From assembly GCA_025363435.1 (NCBI GenBank), contig JANYDY010000012.1:3091-67090 (forward strand): DNA of 64,000 nucleotides, in the 5' to 3' direction. Source of the DNA: Betaproteobacteria bacterium. GTDB lineage: Bacteria; Pseudomonadota; Gammaproteobacteria; Burkholderiales; SG8-41. The position numbers and the translations under genes are program-made. A model generated the notes under the pieces. That model worked only from the letters and a program-made list of their open reading frames with translations, had not been told where the DNA came from and searched no databases. Shown piece by piece: positions 62,889 through 64,000 of the stretch (position 1 is its first letter; each line of letters starts with the position of its first letter).

Positions 62889-64000
62889 CTATTCGCCGGC
62901 GATGGTCATACGATCGATCAATATCGAGCCGCAGTGTTTGGAGCCGCGTCTCAGCACATCGGTGCCGGACGCTGCAATGCCGCGGAAAATATCCTTGAGA
63001 TTGCCGGCGATGGTGATTTCCTGCACTGCGTAGGCGATTTCGCCGTTCTCGACCCAGAAACCGGCTGCGCCACGCGAGTAGTCACCGGTCACCATGTTGA
63101 TGCCCTGCCCCATCAGTTCGGTCACCAGCAGACCACGACCCATTTTGCGCAGCAGCGCGGCAAAATCCTCACCGGTATCGGCGAGCAGCAGATTGTGGCA
63201 ACCGCCGGCATTGCCCGTGGTTTGCATGCCGAGCTTGCGCGCCGAATAACTGCCAAGAAAATATCCCTTCAGCACGCCGGCCTCGACCACGCTGCGCTTT
63301 TTTGTCGCCACGCCCTCTTCGTCAAAGGGCCCGCTGGCGAGGCCGCCGCGTATATGCGGGTCTTCGGTGATGGTTACCAGCGGCGCAAAAATTTCCTGGC
63401 CCATGCTGTCAACCAGAAACGACGACTTGCGATACAGGCTGCCACCGCTCACCGCCGAGACAAAATGCCCGAGCAGTGACGCCGCCACCGGCGCTTCGAA
63501 CAACACCGGCACCTGCATGGTTGCGATCTTTTTGGCGCCGAGCCGGCGCACCGCGCGTTCGCCGGCGGTACGGCCGACTGTTTCCGGCCGGTCGAGTTCG
63601 GCGGCATTGCGCGCCGAAGTGTACCAATCGTCGCGCTGCATGGCTTCACCCTTGCCGGCGATCACCGCGCAGCTCAACCAGTGGCGCGAACTCGGATAAC
63701 CACCAAGAAATCCGTTTGAATTGCCGTAGGCAAAATGCGAATGCTGCAATGAAACCGTAGCGCCTTCCGAATTGTCGATGCGCTTGTCTACTGCAAACGC
63801 CGCGCTTTCACAGGCCTGGGCCATTTCAATCGCGTCCTCAACCGGCAGGTCCCAGGGGTGAAACAGATCAAGGTCGGGAATATCGCGCGCCAGCAGCTCT
63901 TTGTCAGCGAGCCCGGCGTAATCGTCGCTGGCGGTAAAACGCGCAATCGACACCGCAGCGTCTACCGTCGCACGCACCGCCTGCGGCGAAAAGTCCGAAG
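62889..64000 (-). CDS. pmbA: Metalloprotease PmbA (TldE), C-terminal about 370 codons (5' end lies right of the window)
   Basis: Strong resemblance to E. coli PmbA as I recall it (TGDYSRGAAGFWVENGEI.Y.V.EITIAGNLKD). The reading frame stays open to position 64000. Confidence 0.9.
   Translation of the reverse strand, partial: SDFSPQAVRATVDAAVSIARFTASDDYAGLADKELLARDIPDLDLFHPWDLPVEDAIEMAQACESAAFAVDKRIDNSEGATVSLQHSHFAYGNSNGFLGGYPSSRHWLSCAVIAGKGEAMQRDDWYTSARNAAELDRPETVGRTAGERAVRRLGAKKIATMQVPVLFEAPVAASLLGHFVSAVSGGSLYRKSSFLVDSMGQEIFAPLVTITEDPHIRGGLASGPFDEEGVATKKRSVVEAGVLKGYFLGSYSARKLGMQTTGNAGGCHNLLLADTGEDFAALLRKMGRGLLVTELMGQGINMVTGDYSRGAAGFWVENGEIAYAVQEITIAGNLKDIFRGIAASGTDVLRRGSKHCGSILIDRMTIAGE

Overview
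GC-rich, gene-dense chromosomal segment that looks betaproteobacterial, probably Burkholderiales. The signs are six Bug/TctC-family orphan solute receptors, the housekeeping run glyA-nrdR-ribD-ribE-ribBA-ribH-nusB...thiL-pgpA-cinA-recA-recX-alaS, and glnE divergent from yhdP-nit-tldD. I call 59 protein-coding genes, 2 of them cut by the window edges. I see no rRNA, tRNA, CRISPR array, IS/transposase/integrase, or recognisable toxin-antitoxin or defence gene. Core housekeeping blocks (about 19.9-35.3 kb and 46.9-59.3 kb) alternate with accessory-looking organic-acid/amide catabolic clusters built around Bug receptors (0-7.7, 8.9-13.8, 35.4-39.6 and 41.2-46.8 kb). There is also a Tat-less DmsABC-type molybdoenzyme operon that best fits cytoplasm-facing SoeABC sulfite dehydrogenase (13.8-19.3 kb), and a TRAP transporter whose receptor gene is convergent to its permease genes (59.4-62.8 kb). 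I did not find a clear-cut new system. The best unexplained items are: (i) a secreted protein with a carboxypeptidase-regulatory-like domain, a single CxxCH haem motif and a seven-bladed Vgb-like propeller, at the end of an amidase/deacylase cluster; (ii) a LeuCD-type hydratase plus KRCGH lyase module, and a second ICL/PEPM paralog that has lost the catalytic Cys and an Asp; (iii) an orphan BtuF-like binding protein appended to the SoeABC-like operon; (iv) a small secreted ORF translationally coupled between yhdP and the nitrilase-family gene; (v) an amidase with a GatC/AtzG-like C-terminal tail; (vi) three families of intergenic palindromic (REP-like) elements, one pair carrying a compensatory stem substitution. 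Nearly all long ORFs opposite the called genes are GC-driven shadow ORFs. All functional calls rest on motifs and domain order read by eye, with no database search, and several start codons were re-picked from RBS context.
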